From positions 84,266,827-84,330,826 of the forward strand of contig JASCQW010000132.1 of NCBI GenBank assembly GCA_030264375.1: a stretch of 64,000 bases of DNA. Reading direction: 5' to 3'. How positions within the stretch are numbered: position 1 is the first letter of the stretch; the number at the start of each line of letters is the position of its first letter. Origin of the DNA: Carcharhinus longimanus (lineage: Eukaryota). The notes under the pieces were generated by a model. That model worked only from the letters and a program-made list of their open reading frames with translations, had not been told where the DNA came from and searched no databases. Positions 51,671-64,000 of this stretch are shown here, piece by piece. The translations under genes and the position numbers were made by a program.

Positions 51671-53415
51671 AAAAACAGCTGAGCCCTAGGGAAAACATTA
51701 CTTGATTGACACTTCCTGCTCTGTGATGTGTTCTGTCAATTTCACAGGATTTATTTACACAAAATAGTTTTAAGTGCTTGTAGTTTCTGTTATTGATGTT
51801 TTAATGTGTCTAAATGATTGACGCTTTTATTGACCGGTAGCAAAACTAGGCTTTTTTTTTAAGAGAGTGAGAAGTTACCAACATATGACTTTTTAAAGCC
51901 TGTTTTTGACACATCATGTTGTCACTATGGGCTCATTGATTTGGTATGGAGTATTGTGGGTTAATAAGCATGTAAGTGCCCAAGTGCCATCGCTGGGCAT
52001 GAGGCACCATAGGTTTGGGCGGAAGCATACTGTGGCATTGGAACATAAGAGGCCAAATGGGTCACAGCAGAGGATGGGATTGCATACCTTGGCATGAGGA
52101 GTCTTGGGAGCAGAAAGTATATTGGTGCAGGGGAAGTATGGAGCATCTTTGGAACTTACTTTTGAAAAGATACCCTCATGCAGACTAGAGCTCACAACAT
52201 CTCCTGAGGGGTGGTGAACCATGACTTTTTGTAAAGCTGGTCTGATTCCATGAGGATTATGAAGGACTAAGACATGCCTATTCTGCAATGGAACCATTGC
52301 AGGATGCAGGCTTGCAACCCAAACCAAACTGCACCTTCAAAGGGCTCTAATAAAAATCAGAACGTCCAGTAACGGGGTTTGCAATCACAGAATCTCATCC
52401 CAGCTGCCACTTTCACCCCATTAGGGAGTCTCCCTGACTCATTGAAAATCCAGCTCCATGAAACAAATTCAAGTAAATTTAAGGCAGGGAGAGAGAAACT
52501 TATGTTGGAAGGCTAGGAGTGGTGATTGTTGGACAGGGGATGCATTGTACAGCAAGTGAAGGTTATAACCTAGGAATTTACATGAGTAACAAAAGTTAAT
52601 GAGGTGGCAGGTTATAATTATGGAATGCAAATGTAGCCATATATGCAAATATAAAAATAATTGTGCTTGCCCTCTGAGTCCAGATTCTAACCAGTAGTTC
52701 CCACCATTTGAAAAGCCAATGGCCATCCATGTGAACTCTGGGATGATTAATTATCAGAGCATTACATAGAGTGAGTTAACAGGACATTTCATGCCTCTAA
52801 ACTATATTATCAGGTTTTAATAAATTGGCAGTTGCAAGAAGGGCTGTCACATAAAGATGAGGTAAACATGGAATTATGGCTGCAATTTAGCCATGAGTGC
52901 AAATCCCGTTATGGCTTGTTGCTTGCTTAATGTGGGGAAAGCCCCAATGCTCGCTTAGTGGGAGGAGGTGAATATTCCGAAGCTCACTTGTTAGGGCAAA
53001 CTCATCATGTCCATGGGGGAATGGGGAAGTTTATTTTTAGTGCAGATCGGCTAGCCCTTTAGAGATGGCGCCCTGATCCCTGTGAAGCTAGCCTGGTTTG
53101 TACTACCAGACACTGCCCCACCAGAGTGACAGTGCACTCTATGTCCCCAGATTTTCTGTGCACTGATGTCAGAAAGTCTAGAGTGAAAACTCAGCTGTGT
53201 TTCTGGAGAGGTATGCACAATTTGTTTTCAGTCTGAACCTGACATTGCAGAGTTCATGAAAATTCTGTCCTACACATTTCTGATGAGTAGTCATTAGAAC
53301 AATTTCACTTTATTTTGTCGAAATGAAATTCTGTGTCCAAGTTCTGGAAGATTGGAAATGAAGACCCATTGGCATCAACTTATTCAGCACAGCCTTTTGT
53401 TCTGGTTAGGTAATT

Positions 53416-54190
53416 ATTTTTTAATTTATTCTTTCTTGGGATGTGGCCATCCCCAGCATTTATTGCCAAGCTCCAATTGCCTGTAACAAGGTGATGGTGA
53501 GTCATCACTACCATGAAGTGCTGCACTCCATGTGGTGTAGGTACACCCATAGTGCTGTGAGGAAGGGAATTCCAGCATTTTGACCCAGCGACACTGAAGG
53601 AATGATGATAAATTTCTGAGTCAGGATGATATGCAGCTTGGAGACGAACTTGCAATTTGTGATCTTCCTGTGCAACTACTGCCTTCCGTTTCTAAGTGGT
53701 ACAGTTTGCGGGTTTGGAAAGTGTGTCAAAGGAGTTTTGGTTGCAGTGGATCTTGTACATGGTACACACTGCTGCTACTGTGTGTTGGTGGTAGAAAGAA
53801 TGGGTATTGAAGGTGGTGGGTGAGGTTCCAAACAAGTGGGCTGCTTTGTCCTAAATGGTGTTGAACTTCTTGAGTGTTGTTGGAGCTGCACTAATCCTGG
53901 CAAATGGCAGAATATTTCATCACATTCCTGACTTGTGCTTTATAGATGGTGGACAGGCTTTTGGGAGTCAGGAGATAAATTATTCATGACAGGATTTCTT
54001 GCTTCCAATCTGCCTTTGCAGCCACAGTATTTATATGGCTGGTCTATTTCTATTTCTGGTCAATGGTAACCTCTAGGATGTTGATAGTGGAGGATTCAGT
54101 GATATAAACGTCATTAAATGACAAAGGGAGATGGTTAGATTTTCTTTTGTTGGAGATGGTTATTGCCTTGTGTGAAGCAAATGTTACTTA
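53416..54190 (-). mobile_element. LINE (CR1/L2 group) 3' end, probable partner of the 16388/48731 SINE family
   Basis: Minus-strand HSFSVAGSKCWNSLP; 3' end GGCAATAAATGCTGGGGATGGCCACATCCCAAGAAAGAATAAA. Confidence 0.75.
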
Positions 54191-54260
54191 AAGCGAAAAT
54201 AATCCTAGTAAACAACAAAGTCAAACAAACACATAGTTGTTCAAAGATGCCAAATACCAA

Positions 54261-54564
54261 ATCATAGAAATCGTAGAAACCATACAGTACAGAAAGAGGC
54301 CATTTGGCCCATTGAGTCTGCCCCAACCACAATCCCACCCAAGCCCTACCCCCATATCCCTACATATTTTACCCACTAATCACTCTAACCTACACATCTC
54401 AAGACACCAAGGAGCAATTTTAGCATGGCCAATCAACCTAACCCGCACATCTTTGGACTGTGGGAGCACCCAGAGGAAACCCATGCAGACATGAGGAGAA
54501 TGTGCAAACTCCACATAGACAGTGACTCAAGCCGGGAATTGAACCCAGGTCCCTGGAGCTGCGA
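54261..54564 (-). mobile_element. HE1-type V-SINE lacking the extreme 5' end
   Basis: ATCATAGAAATCGTAGAAACCATACAGTACAGAAAGAGGCCATTTGGCCC..GGGAATTGAACCCAGGTCCCTGG. Confidence 0.88.
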
Positions 54565-54735
54565 AATCCTGGATGAACAGACAGATGATGGTGCCCTTAG
54601 TGGAATTGTACAAGTCAGACCAGGATGCATGGAGCAAAGATGAAAGTAATCCTTTGATATGACTGAGATGAGATGGTAAATAGTAACTGGAAGGATGTGT
54701 TGTTAGTGCTGTTTGATAATGAAACTATAAATCAT

Positions 54736-56602
54736 AGGCCCGATTTTACCATTGCATCTGGGCGTGAAAATATGGTAAAATTGGGCTTGAGGCTATTAAC
54801 CCGATCTGTGCTCGCGTCCACGTAGATGCCCATTTTACCGAGGCCTGGGAATGGCTGCAATACAATTCACGCCCAAAACAGGTGCAACAGCGATTTAAAT
54901 GCATTTGCATGCATTTCAATTGAATTAATGGGCTGCCTGTCCAACTTTACCAGAACCTCTCCCTTTACCATCGCATTCGCGCGTCTAGATTTGGCACGAA
55001 ACAGACAGGCTCGACAAAGGTCTGTTTTGGGCACTGCAGCTGCTGAAGAGGTAAGTTCGGAGCTTCCAACGGCTCTCTGATTCAGATCGGTGGTGGTGGG
55101 GGGGGCCGGAAGGCCAGATCATTCTCTGGTGGGGAGAAGGGAGATGGAGACGGGTCAGGTGTATTTCTGGTAGTAGGTGGGAGGGTAGGGCTTGGGAGGA
55201 GGACAGATCATTGTCTGATGGGTTGTGGGTGAGGGTAGAAGGGAGGCCCAATCATTTTCTGGTGGGGGGGAAGGCGGGTCAGACGGAGTGAGGGAGGAGA
55301 GAGGTCCGATCATTCTCGGGGGGGGGGGGGGGGTGGTTAATTCTCTCCCAACACANNNNNNNNNNNNNNNNNNNNNNNNNNNNNNNNNNNNNNNNNNNNN
55401 NNNNNNNNNNNNNNNNNNNNNNNNNNNNNNNNNNNNNNNNNNNNNNNNNNNNNNNNNNNNNNNNNNNNNNNNNNNNNNNNNNNNNNNNNNNNNNNNNNNN
55501 NNNNNNNNNNNNNNNNNNNNNNNNNNNNNNNNNNNNNNNNNNNNNNNNNNNNNNNNNNNNNNNNNNNNNNNNNNNNNNNNNNNNNNNNNNNNNNNNNNNN
55601 NNNNNNNNNNNNNNNNNNNNNNNNNNNNNNNNNNNNNNNNNNNNNNNNNNNNNNNNNNNNNNNNNNNNNNNNNNNNNNNNNNNNNNNNNNNNNNNNNNNN
55701 NNNNNNNNNNNNNNNNNNNNNNNNNNNNNNNNNNNNNNNNNNNNNNNNNNNNNNNNNNNNNNNNNNNNNNNNNNNNNNNNNNNNNNNNNNNNNNNNNNNN
55801 NNNNNNNNNNNNNNNNNNNNNNNNNNNNNNNNNNNNNNNNNNNNNNNNNNNNNNNNNNNNNNNNNNNNNNNNNNNNNNNNNNNNNNNNNNNNNNNNNNNN
55901 NNNNNNNNNNNNNNNNNNNNNNNNNNNNNNNNNNNNNNNNNNNNNNNNNNNNNNNNNNNNNNNNNNNNNNNNNNNNNNNNNNNNNNNNNNNNNNNNNNNN
56001 NNNNNNNNNNNNNNNNNNNNNNNNNNNNNNNNNNNNNNNNNNNNNNNNNNNNNNNNNNNNNNNNNNNNNNNNNNNNNNNNNNNNNNNNNNNNNNNNNNNN
56101 NNNNNNNNNNNNNNNNNNNNNNNNNNNNNNNNNTGGCGGGGGGTGGGGGGCACGGGGCTGGGGGGAGGTGGGGGGGGAGGCCAGATGGATCCGGGGGCGG
56201 TCTGCTGTCACTCTGCAGGCAATCGGTGGGGGGGAAAGGGGACAGAGGGCTGCGATCGGTCTGGGTAGTGGTGGGGGTGGGTGGATAAGGGGGATGGTTA
56301 TGTTGTAGGGGTGGGGGTGATGTCTGTGGGGTTCATCAGTTTCAGGCCCCCTTAAACACCTTTTGCGGCCCGGGAGCGATATGACAGCGGCACGATTTTC
56401 CATTTTTTTTTCTAACTGCACATGCGCAGTTCAGAGCTCCAATCGTTCCGGGTGTGCTAAGGCCCACCCACAGTGTGATTCGGACCCGCCTTTTTGTTTT
56501 ACAGGCTTAATGCGTATGGGGGCACCTGAAAGCAGATTTCCAAGTCGGATTTGAATTGCACCCAGATTCAGCACTTAGAATCAAAATGTTAAAATCAGGC
56601 CC
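54736..56602. mobile_element. Non-autonomous PIF/Harbinger-type DNA transposon with 3-bp TSD (CAT); G-rich gapped interior
   Basis: CAT-AGGCCCGATTTTACCA...TGTTAAAATCAGGCCC-CAT; inverted sibling of 41137-42242. Confidence 0.8.
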
Positions 56603-59600
56603 CATGTGTAGAAAAACAGATCAGGATGCAATGGGAATAAGAGAAATCAGACAGGATTTTCCGATTTTGCTCAATCTTGCCCCACTGCTCCTGGCGCTCA
56701 GCTTAAACTCCGTTCACTGCAGCGGCACTGGAGAATCCCAGCTGTGGACATGATCAGAGGTTTCCAGTGATCATCTCAATCCCACAATGTTGGATAAGAT
56801 AAAGCCTATGATGAAGGCTGGAGTAGGAAGGCATCCTCTTCAAGGCGCAATGGTGGCAGAGAGCAAAAAAAATCACATGCTGGTTAACCTCAAGGTGTTT
56901 TCCTGGGCTGAATTAATTGATTTTTGTACTTGGAGCGAGAGAAATATAAACAAAAATGTTCAGGGTATCAGAATTCAACAATTTTAGTTTCAAAATATAG
57001 AGGATTCCAATTTCAAGATAAATATTATACTTTCCCCATTAACCTTTTCGCTGACCTAACATATATATGTAAAACTCAATACAAATAAACCTGTTAATCT
57101 GTTATGTCAGAGCTTGTAATGATGGTACTTTGATGAAATTGAAGGTGGTCCTCAGTATTTATACAATTCATTTAGAATTTGGTCATTTTCCTTCATATTT
57201 TAATGGCAACATTTATATATTAATACATTTAATAAAGTGTGATGCATGTGGAATATTTACACCTGTACTGATAGTCTAGAAAGAAGGAAATATCCAGGGG
57301 AAAAGATACATCCAGATATTTATGAAGGTGAAATATAAAACTGCATTATTTGCAGCATAAGGGAGAAATTTGCAATGCTGATAAACATTGAGGAGATCTT
57401 AAACTTTAAATACAGAGTAGCAGAAGCCCTAGACAGAAAAACACTTTCAGCAATCAAATGTAACACATTTATTCTTAGAAATAACATAAGTCCACACTAG
57501 TCCTTGAGCTTACTTATTGTTAGGCAGGAAAATCAAAAAGAACAGTGAAAGTACTATGGGGGAATCTCACTAAAAATGGCGAACTGTTGTTTCTGGCGAG
57601 AAAACCAGTGTGTTTCTCTACAGAGAAACTTGTCAGTTTTCTCTCCAGAACTTAACACACTTCGCCGAAAAAAATCAAAGGAGCATGTTTCTCACCACCA
57701 TTCAGGACAGGTAAAAGTAAAACCTGGCTGCATAGAGATTGGGGTGCTACCTCTAAAGGGCGGCCTGATTCAAACCACAGTAAGCCTTCCCCCCAGACTG
57801 CCGTAGAGGTCTCGGGGGCTTCCCATCCCCTTTTGGAGTCAGCTTTCCCACTGATCATCAGTCCCTTCTCTCTCTCTCCAACCTTTCAACATCCCCCCCA
57901 CTTCCCCCTTCATCCCCCCCAAACTCCTCTCCAGTTATGGGTGTTAACCTGATGGTATTGCCGGTGAGGGACAGAGAGAGAACTGCAACTTCCAGATCTT
58001 GACCCCCACTGGCAATCACAAGGATAGTGAATGTGGACTTAAAATCAAGGACTGGACCTGCAAAACTTTGGCTTGATGGTGCAAAATGTTCAGTGAGTGA
58101 AAGTGTGTATTATGTGATAATAATTTCCATTTATTACATTAGGTCTGCAAAAACCAGACAGAAACAAATCATTTTAAATGAGGTCATGTATGACCTGTCT
58201 GAAGATAGATTGTCATTATTATAATGTTGTCATGCTTCCAGGTTTCAGATAGTTGCACCATAATGGAATCATGGCAATCAAGAAAGTTGCATCTCAGATA
58301 TTAGCATAAGCAAGAATGACATGGTTAACATACACAGAGAATGAATGGACTGAATGGGGAACAAAAAAGACAGAAAAAAAGAAATATCGTCCTTATACTC
58401 ACACAATTTATCTGACAATTTGATTTTCTAGTAATTGAATATATATTGTAAAGGAAAGCAACTTAAATATATATTGAAAGATACAATTGCAAGCTAGAAA
58501 TTCCCGTGTATAAATGGAACACCATTTTGTAAAATTTCTGATGGCACTGGACATTTCCTCTCATGCAATTTTTAGAACAACCTTTTAGCAATTTCAAAAT
58601 TTTGCACAAACTCAAGGCTTTGAAACTGGTCCATTATATCTTGATTCTAAATAATGTGGTTGATTTATATAAATATTTATTATATATGTGGCTTTTGATT
58701 TCACTTCTGCCCATCACTATTTTCTAATTAGATGACAACGCTTTTCTCTTCAAATGCTGACTTTCATTTACGTTTTCAGTTGTAATGATCTGAGCTTGGA
58801 TTTCACTATTATTACCATCAAAGATCCATTTGTACTTGAGAGATATTCTGCAGAGGGTGGAGGTAATAATGATGTTGAGTTTATTAGCATTCCATCACCC
58901 AATGCAGGTTTCCCTCAGTAAAAAGAACTCTAGTGGACTAGATATCTGACTATAAAGAAAAACTGAATTCTATTGACAATTAATATTGATTCTCCAAACA
59001 GTTGCTATTTTTCTTTAGAGGGATGCTTAGCTTGCAAGGTAATTGTATACCTCTAAAAACTACATTATGGCATAGCCAGTATAATTAAATATAAGCCTAT
59101 AAATTACTCATCATAATTATAGCATAGAAAAGCTTAGCATGCATGTAAGGTATTCCTATGACAACTGTTTTGACAGAAGCTTTAGCCCATTTACTTTGTG
59201 TTCCTTTATTAATATTGCAAACTGTCACTTCTTGGCCATTATAATTTAATAGAATATTTTACATTTAGCTCACCTGTATTGTGCTTTATACTTTGATATT
59301 TTATTAAATAAATCTGTAGTTTAGAATTTACCTTGTAGAGGTAATTATGCCCTTTGCCAACATGAAATAATGCTTGTTTTTCCAGGTTTTGACTAAATGG
59401 GAATGTACATCTGATGCCAATTGGTTAGATGAAAAAAAACTATTTAAAAAAGAGATCAAGCACTTACCACACTGGGAGACTACATGTCCATTGCATACAG
59501 CTCATAAAAAGCTGTCCTCCCACAACAAACACCACTCGCTTATTTATACAATAGTTTTAGGTACAAGTAGGTCAGTAAAATTACTGAACATTAGTACTAA

Positions 59601-59805
59601 CAGAGGATATCACCATGTTCCACTAAAAACAGAGAAATATTGGGAAATGAAAACAATAGAAGGATTTTAAACAGACAATAGATTGATCAAACATTTTATT
59701 TTTGCAACAACCTAGAACAAAAATAGATATTATCCTTTTTTGCCAAGCCTAAGCAATAAAAGACAAGAGGCACAGAAATGAAAAAGAACAAAGATTTCTC
59801 TTAAC

Positions 59806-59965
59806 CTGCTTTGTCAGAGCTGGCAGTGATGGTGGTGGTTGTGATGGAAGTGAAGGTGGTCTTTACGCTGTCCTTGGTAACAGTTTTCTGCTTATTTTTC
59901 ATGGCCTCCAGTGCTTTGAGCTTCTTGGCATGTTTAGTGCCTTTGTAGTGTGCCCCGGCTTGGCT
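59806..59965 (-). CDS. ZNF385D: ZNF385D internal coding exon (160 nt): C-terminal half of first matrin-type zinc finger plus Thr-rich linker
   Basis: Minus-strand translation SQAGAHYKGTKHAKKLKALEAMKNKQKTVTKDSVKTTFTSITTTTITASSDKA+G matches recalled vertebrate ZNF385D. Acceptor TTTGTTCTCCTTTGTAG|AGC, donor GCAG|GTTAAG (phase 1). Absent from the ORF track. Confidence 0.95.
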
Positions 59966-61733
59966 CTACAAAGGAGAACAAATGAACCGTGCAATCAGGC
60001 TCATTTCTTAACTGTCATCCTCTGTATTGGTGAAAATACAGAACAACTTTCAATAATGGGCACCACATTCCATGATTGCTAATAATGTCCACAATTTTAA
60101 GCAAGAATGTAATGACATTGCTCAAAACAAGATCAGACACACACACTCTCAAGTTAGCTGACAACAGGTGCCCTTATTGAAAGAACTTTTTCGACAGTAT
60201 TAGTGGTAACCAGAAAGAAAAGAAAAAGAACACAGAACAAAAGCACATGCATTTTAACTACACAAGAAAAAATAAATGACATGAAACATCAAGAGAGACA
60301 CCATGAGCTAGCACTATAAACTATGAAAAGATAGGCTGACATGTCTTAGGGTAACAAAATGGTGTTAAATGTGCTCTTTGTTATCCAGATAGAGATACAC
60401 AAGGTACCATAGTGCTTTGGCTTCCATAAGATAGCTAAGTCAACTGATTTATGATAGCAGCTGAGGAAGGGCAAGTCATTCCGGTTGGAATCATATTTGG
60501 CCAAAATAAAATCACATTTTAATTCTAAGTTAGACTTAGAGAAAACACATTGTATAATAAACCCTAATAAGCATCATCTAGCATAGAGTCCTGTCATTCA
60601 TGATAGACTAAACAAAGACAAAATGTTATTTATAACTTGAATTGCCTACAACTGAGCTAGACATATGAATGCTAACGACATAGGGGGACAAACAGCAGCC
60701 TGTAACAATTTGCTTGAATCACTTACATCCAGTGACACCAATTGTAGTTGAATGTTTTTGTATCAATAGTTTGATTAAAAACATGCTAAGAGAAATAAAC
60801 AATCCCTCTTCAGACATTAGTAATCACTTTTGTAACATAGGTAAAGAAAGAATCCTATCATTTTGGAGTAGGTTAGAATGCTACGTAGTGGGGCATATAA
60901 GATACATAATTTTAAAAAGGCATTAAGTATAGCAAATGGCCAATCCACCTGTTCAGTGAAAGTCAAAATCCATCCTCATGTCTTTTGACTACAATTGAAT
61001 AATGTTCATGGAAACGCTGCAGACTTTTTTGAGTTAAAGAATTATTAAGCTAACATAATAAATAGAATCCGTTTGAATTAAGTTGTGCAATATGCAAGTT
61101 TTTATGGCTCAAATTTTCTTATGAACATCTGCTTCATGACAAGCTGGCATACAAAAGGAAAACTGTATCTTCAGAGTAATGTGCTGGAAATGAAAATGCC
61201 CATTAAAGTTAATTTTACAATTTTTCTGCTCATCGTTTTCATAAAGCTTAATTTCTACTTTTTTGAGCATCATGCTGGATATAACATTTGGTAACGTTAA
61301 CATTGATTTCAAACCAATATATTGTAATTAAAGGGGATAATCTTCACTGTGATCATGAAAATGTGTTTTTATAGAAGTAACATAGAAACAGGCCATTCAA
61401 CCCAACAAGCCCCTTACCCTCCATGTGAGCAAATCATCCAAATCAAATTTATTGTCCCATTCTGTTAACCCTTTGTTCTCTTTCTTTCATCCAACTATTT
61501 AATTTAATCTTGAATGTTGTCACAGTTCTTGCCCCATTATAAAGCCTAAAAATGAGTATGTCATCCTCAAAACTTTCAGTATAAAGAGCTTTCTCTCAAT
61601 CTCCTACACCTCTTAACTTTAATCTTGTGTCTATGCTCCCTCATTCCTTCACTAAACTGGAAATAGTTTGCTTTCATTTACCCAGTTCCCATTGTTTGAG
61701 AATTTAAATAGTTATATCAATCTGCAAACTGTG

Positions 61734-61868
61734 GGCTGGATTCTCCAACCTTGCCCGCAGCTAGGATTCACCAGTCCAGCTGCAGTGAACTGAGATCTGG
61801 CAGAGTGCCAAATTCTCCGTTCTCACTGGCAGCAGCAGCAGGGCATGAATGCTGGAGAATTCTGGCCT
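61734..61868. mobile_element. ~135-bp MITE inserted in an old CR1 fragment (~61380-61960)
   Basis: TIRs GGGCTGGATTCTCCA...TGGAGAATTCTGGCCT; related partial copy at ~56650-56745. Confidence 0.6.
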
Positions 61869-64000
61869 GCATGTTTTACTGAAAAAACAACTACATTTTC
61901 AAATCTTTTGGTACTTGCATTTCCTTACATCAGGCAGCGACCTAATGAATCTGCATTGCAACCCCACTAAAACCTTCCTACACTCTGTTTAATATTACTT
62001 GCATCTAATTTATATATTCTCCCGTAGTATTCTTTGAAGCACTAACTAAAAATTAATGGATTTGCTGGGTCATTAACAGGGGAGGCTATTTATTAGAATG
62101 CATACAAGTGCTCTTGTAGTACCTTTTCAGTCTCTGAGCTTAGGGACCCTTGGCTGCTGTTTTCTACATCATCCAAAAGGTCCTAAGGTGGGCTTTTATA
62201 GTGGGCTGGTGACTCACACCCAAACAGTAATTGCCCTCTGTTTAGGTAACCACTTTCTACTGATTGACAGATAACTGCCATTAGCAAGCAGTTTCTGTTA
62301 AACTAGGCTGTTTAACCAACTTGCAGTTTTAAATACAGTAGGGTCTTACTGCTAATCTAAAGTATAGCTTGAGAAAAACTGAGCAGAGATATCTCACCTA
62401 TATCAATTTGCTGATTTAGCAATCGTTCATCACCGCTCTCATTCCTCATCTTCATCGATGCTCCCATGCAAATATAAAGAGATCAGGAAATTCACCTGCA
62501 TATTAATGTCTATTCTGCCTGTGTCCTCGGGAATCTTGACTGCTTCAATAATATAACCAATATTGTTTTCTGCAGCTATGTAAATTTTTGCAGTCTCTTT
62601 TCATGATTCAGAAACTTAATCCCAACCATCAATCTAGTTGCCATTCACTGCACCCTTTCCAATACCTGGATGCCCTTTGTATGATATGTTGACTAGAACG
62701 GTAACATAGTACTTGATGAAGGGCCAGATCAAAGTTCGTACAAACTCACAATGACTTCCTTAAGTATTGCCCTCTCTTCCTTTGGGTATACAACCTAAGT
62801 TCCTATGTGTTCCATTGCTGCTGTGCACAGTACTTATGATTTCAGTAATTTATGCATCATAGTTTCAACCTCTCAGGTAACATGCCCTCTGGAATGACAT
62901 AAATTATATTGGCACTTTCCCAATGATTGTACATTTGCTTATTTCAATCCAACCCCTCAAATAATCCAGATATTTCTGTATTTGATTGAGTGCTTTCTCA
63001 CGTTTGCTGATAAGTCAGGTTGGCTCCTTCTTATAATCCTGTATCTCTCCAGGAAGTGAGTTAAAACTAAAGTTGTCCAGACCAGCCACCTGACCAGATG
63101 TTTAAACCAGTTCTTTCCAGGAAGAAGTTAGTTAATGCAGCAATAACCATTTCTTCTCTCTGCATCCAATAACCTTGTTGGGGGGGAGGGATTGGGTTGG
63201 GGGGCGGGGGGTGACACCTCTCAGTCTTAAAGAACCTGACCTTTACTAATTCATTGGTTTCTGTGCTCACAAGCCAAAACACATGCAGCATTACTATGGG
63301 AAATAACTCAATTGTATTTCTTTTTGTTTATTATCCAGTGAAAGATTTCAGATATGTAAATTGCATATCATAAATTAAATCCCAAAGTTTCAAAGAATCC
63401 AAATGTTGTGCTCATTAACAGCCATGGAGAAAGAATGCCCAAAACTGCTCAGAATATTCTAAATGAGATTTACAAATGAACTCTATAATTTGAAAATAAC
63501 CTGTTTCAACTTTTCTACAAATGCCCTGATGATTTGATTTTCTTGCTTAGTGAAGTTCAGATCAAGGGTCTATTTGTGAACCAGTAACATTCTGATCTTT
63601 CCAAGGCTGATGGCTGAACTGCCGGATGTTTCCATCATAATCTATTTTATTTTGAATTTCCAACTTCTACAGCTTTTTGCCTTGTAATTCAATTTTCTTT
63701 TTAATAGTTGCACAGTATTGGAAATTGTGCAGCCTATGTTTATGTCTGACTCTCTAATGTTGGCTCATTTACATTGATATGGACCTTTCAATGCTTCATT
63801 TTCTCAGGCACAGCAACTCTTTCCCTCAAAACTGCCATTATCATTCTTACACAAAAACACACACACGTTCCCAACAATTACTATCCTGTTTTCAACCTAC
63901 CTTCCCTCTCCAAGTTCACTGAATGTATTATTGCTTCCCAGTTCTGTGCTGATTTTTCTTCTAACTTTTCTGATTGAATTCCTTCAGTTTGACTTCTACC

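Larger units (their letters stand above)
4023..59805 (-). other. ZNF385D: Phase-1 GT-AG intron of ZNF385D, >=55.8 kb (contains gaps)
   Basis: GT at 59805-59804 and AG at 4024-4023 on the minus strand; flanking exons are frame-compatible and collinear with the recalled protein. Confidence 0.88.

Noticed and set aside
1-64000. A novel multi-gene, CRISPR-like or defence system
   Set aside because: This is eukaryotic intronic DNA; there is no repeat-spacer array, no operon-like ORF cluster and no intact long ORF.

Overview
Eukaryotic, AT-rich, repeat-dense vertebrate DNA. The repeat set (HE1-type V-SINEs, HER1/CR1 LINE tails, Deu-domain SINE) points to an elasmobranch (shark) genome. The only host coding sequence I can support is two consecutive minus-strand exons of ZNF385D (59806-59965 and 3795-4022), which splice in frame across a >=55.8 kb intron; the ORF track misses the first exon. 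The rest is intronic and made of transposon relics: CR1 and L2 LINE fragments, several SINE families, PIF/Harbinger MITEs and gene relics, Penelope-derived hairpins with hammerhead-like motifs, a Ty1/Copia relic (GalEa-like), a Gmr1-like Gypsy relic and a second deleted Gypsy relic. Most ORF-track entries are spurious. I found no convincing novel multi-gene system. The best second-look items are the Copia relic, the hammerhead-like motif in sense to the pre-mRNA, the rearranged Gmr1-like element, SINE tail swapping with SINE/LINE partner pairs, and an LF-SINE-like copy. Repeat family names come from recalled consensus sequences, not database searches, and most repeat boundaries are approximate.
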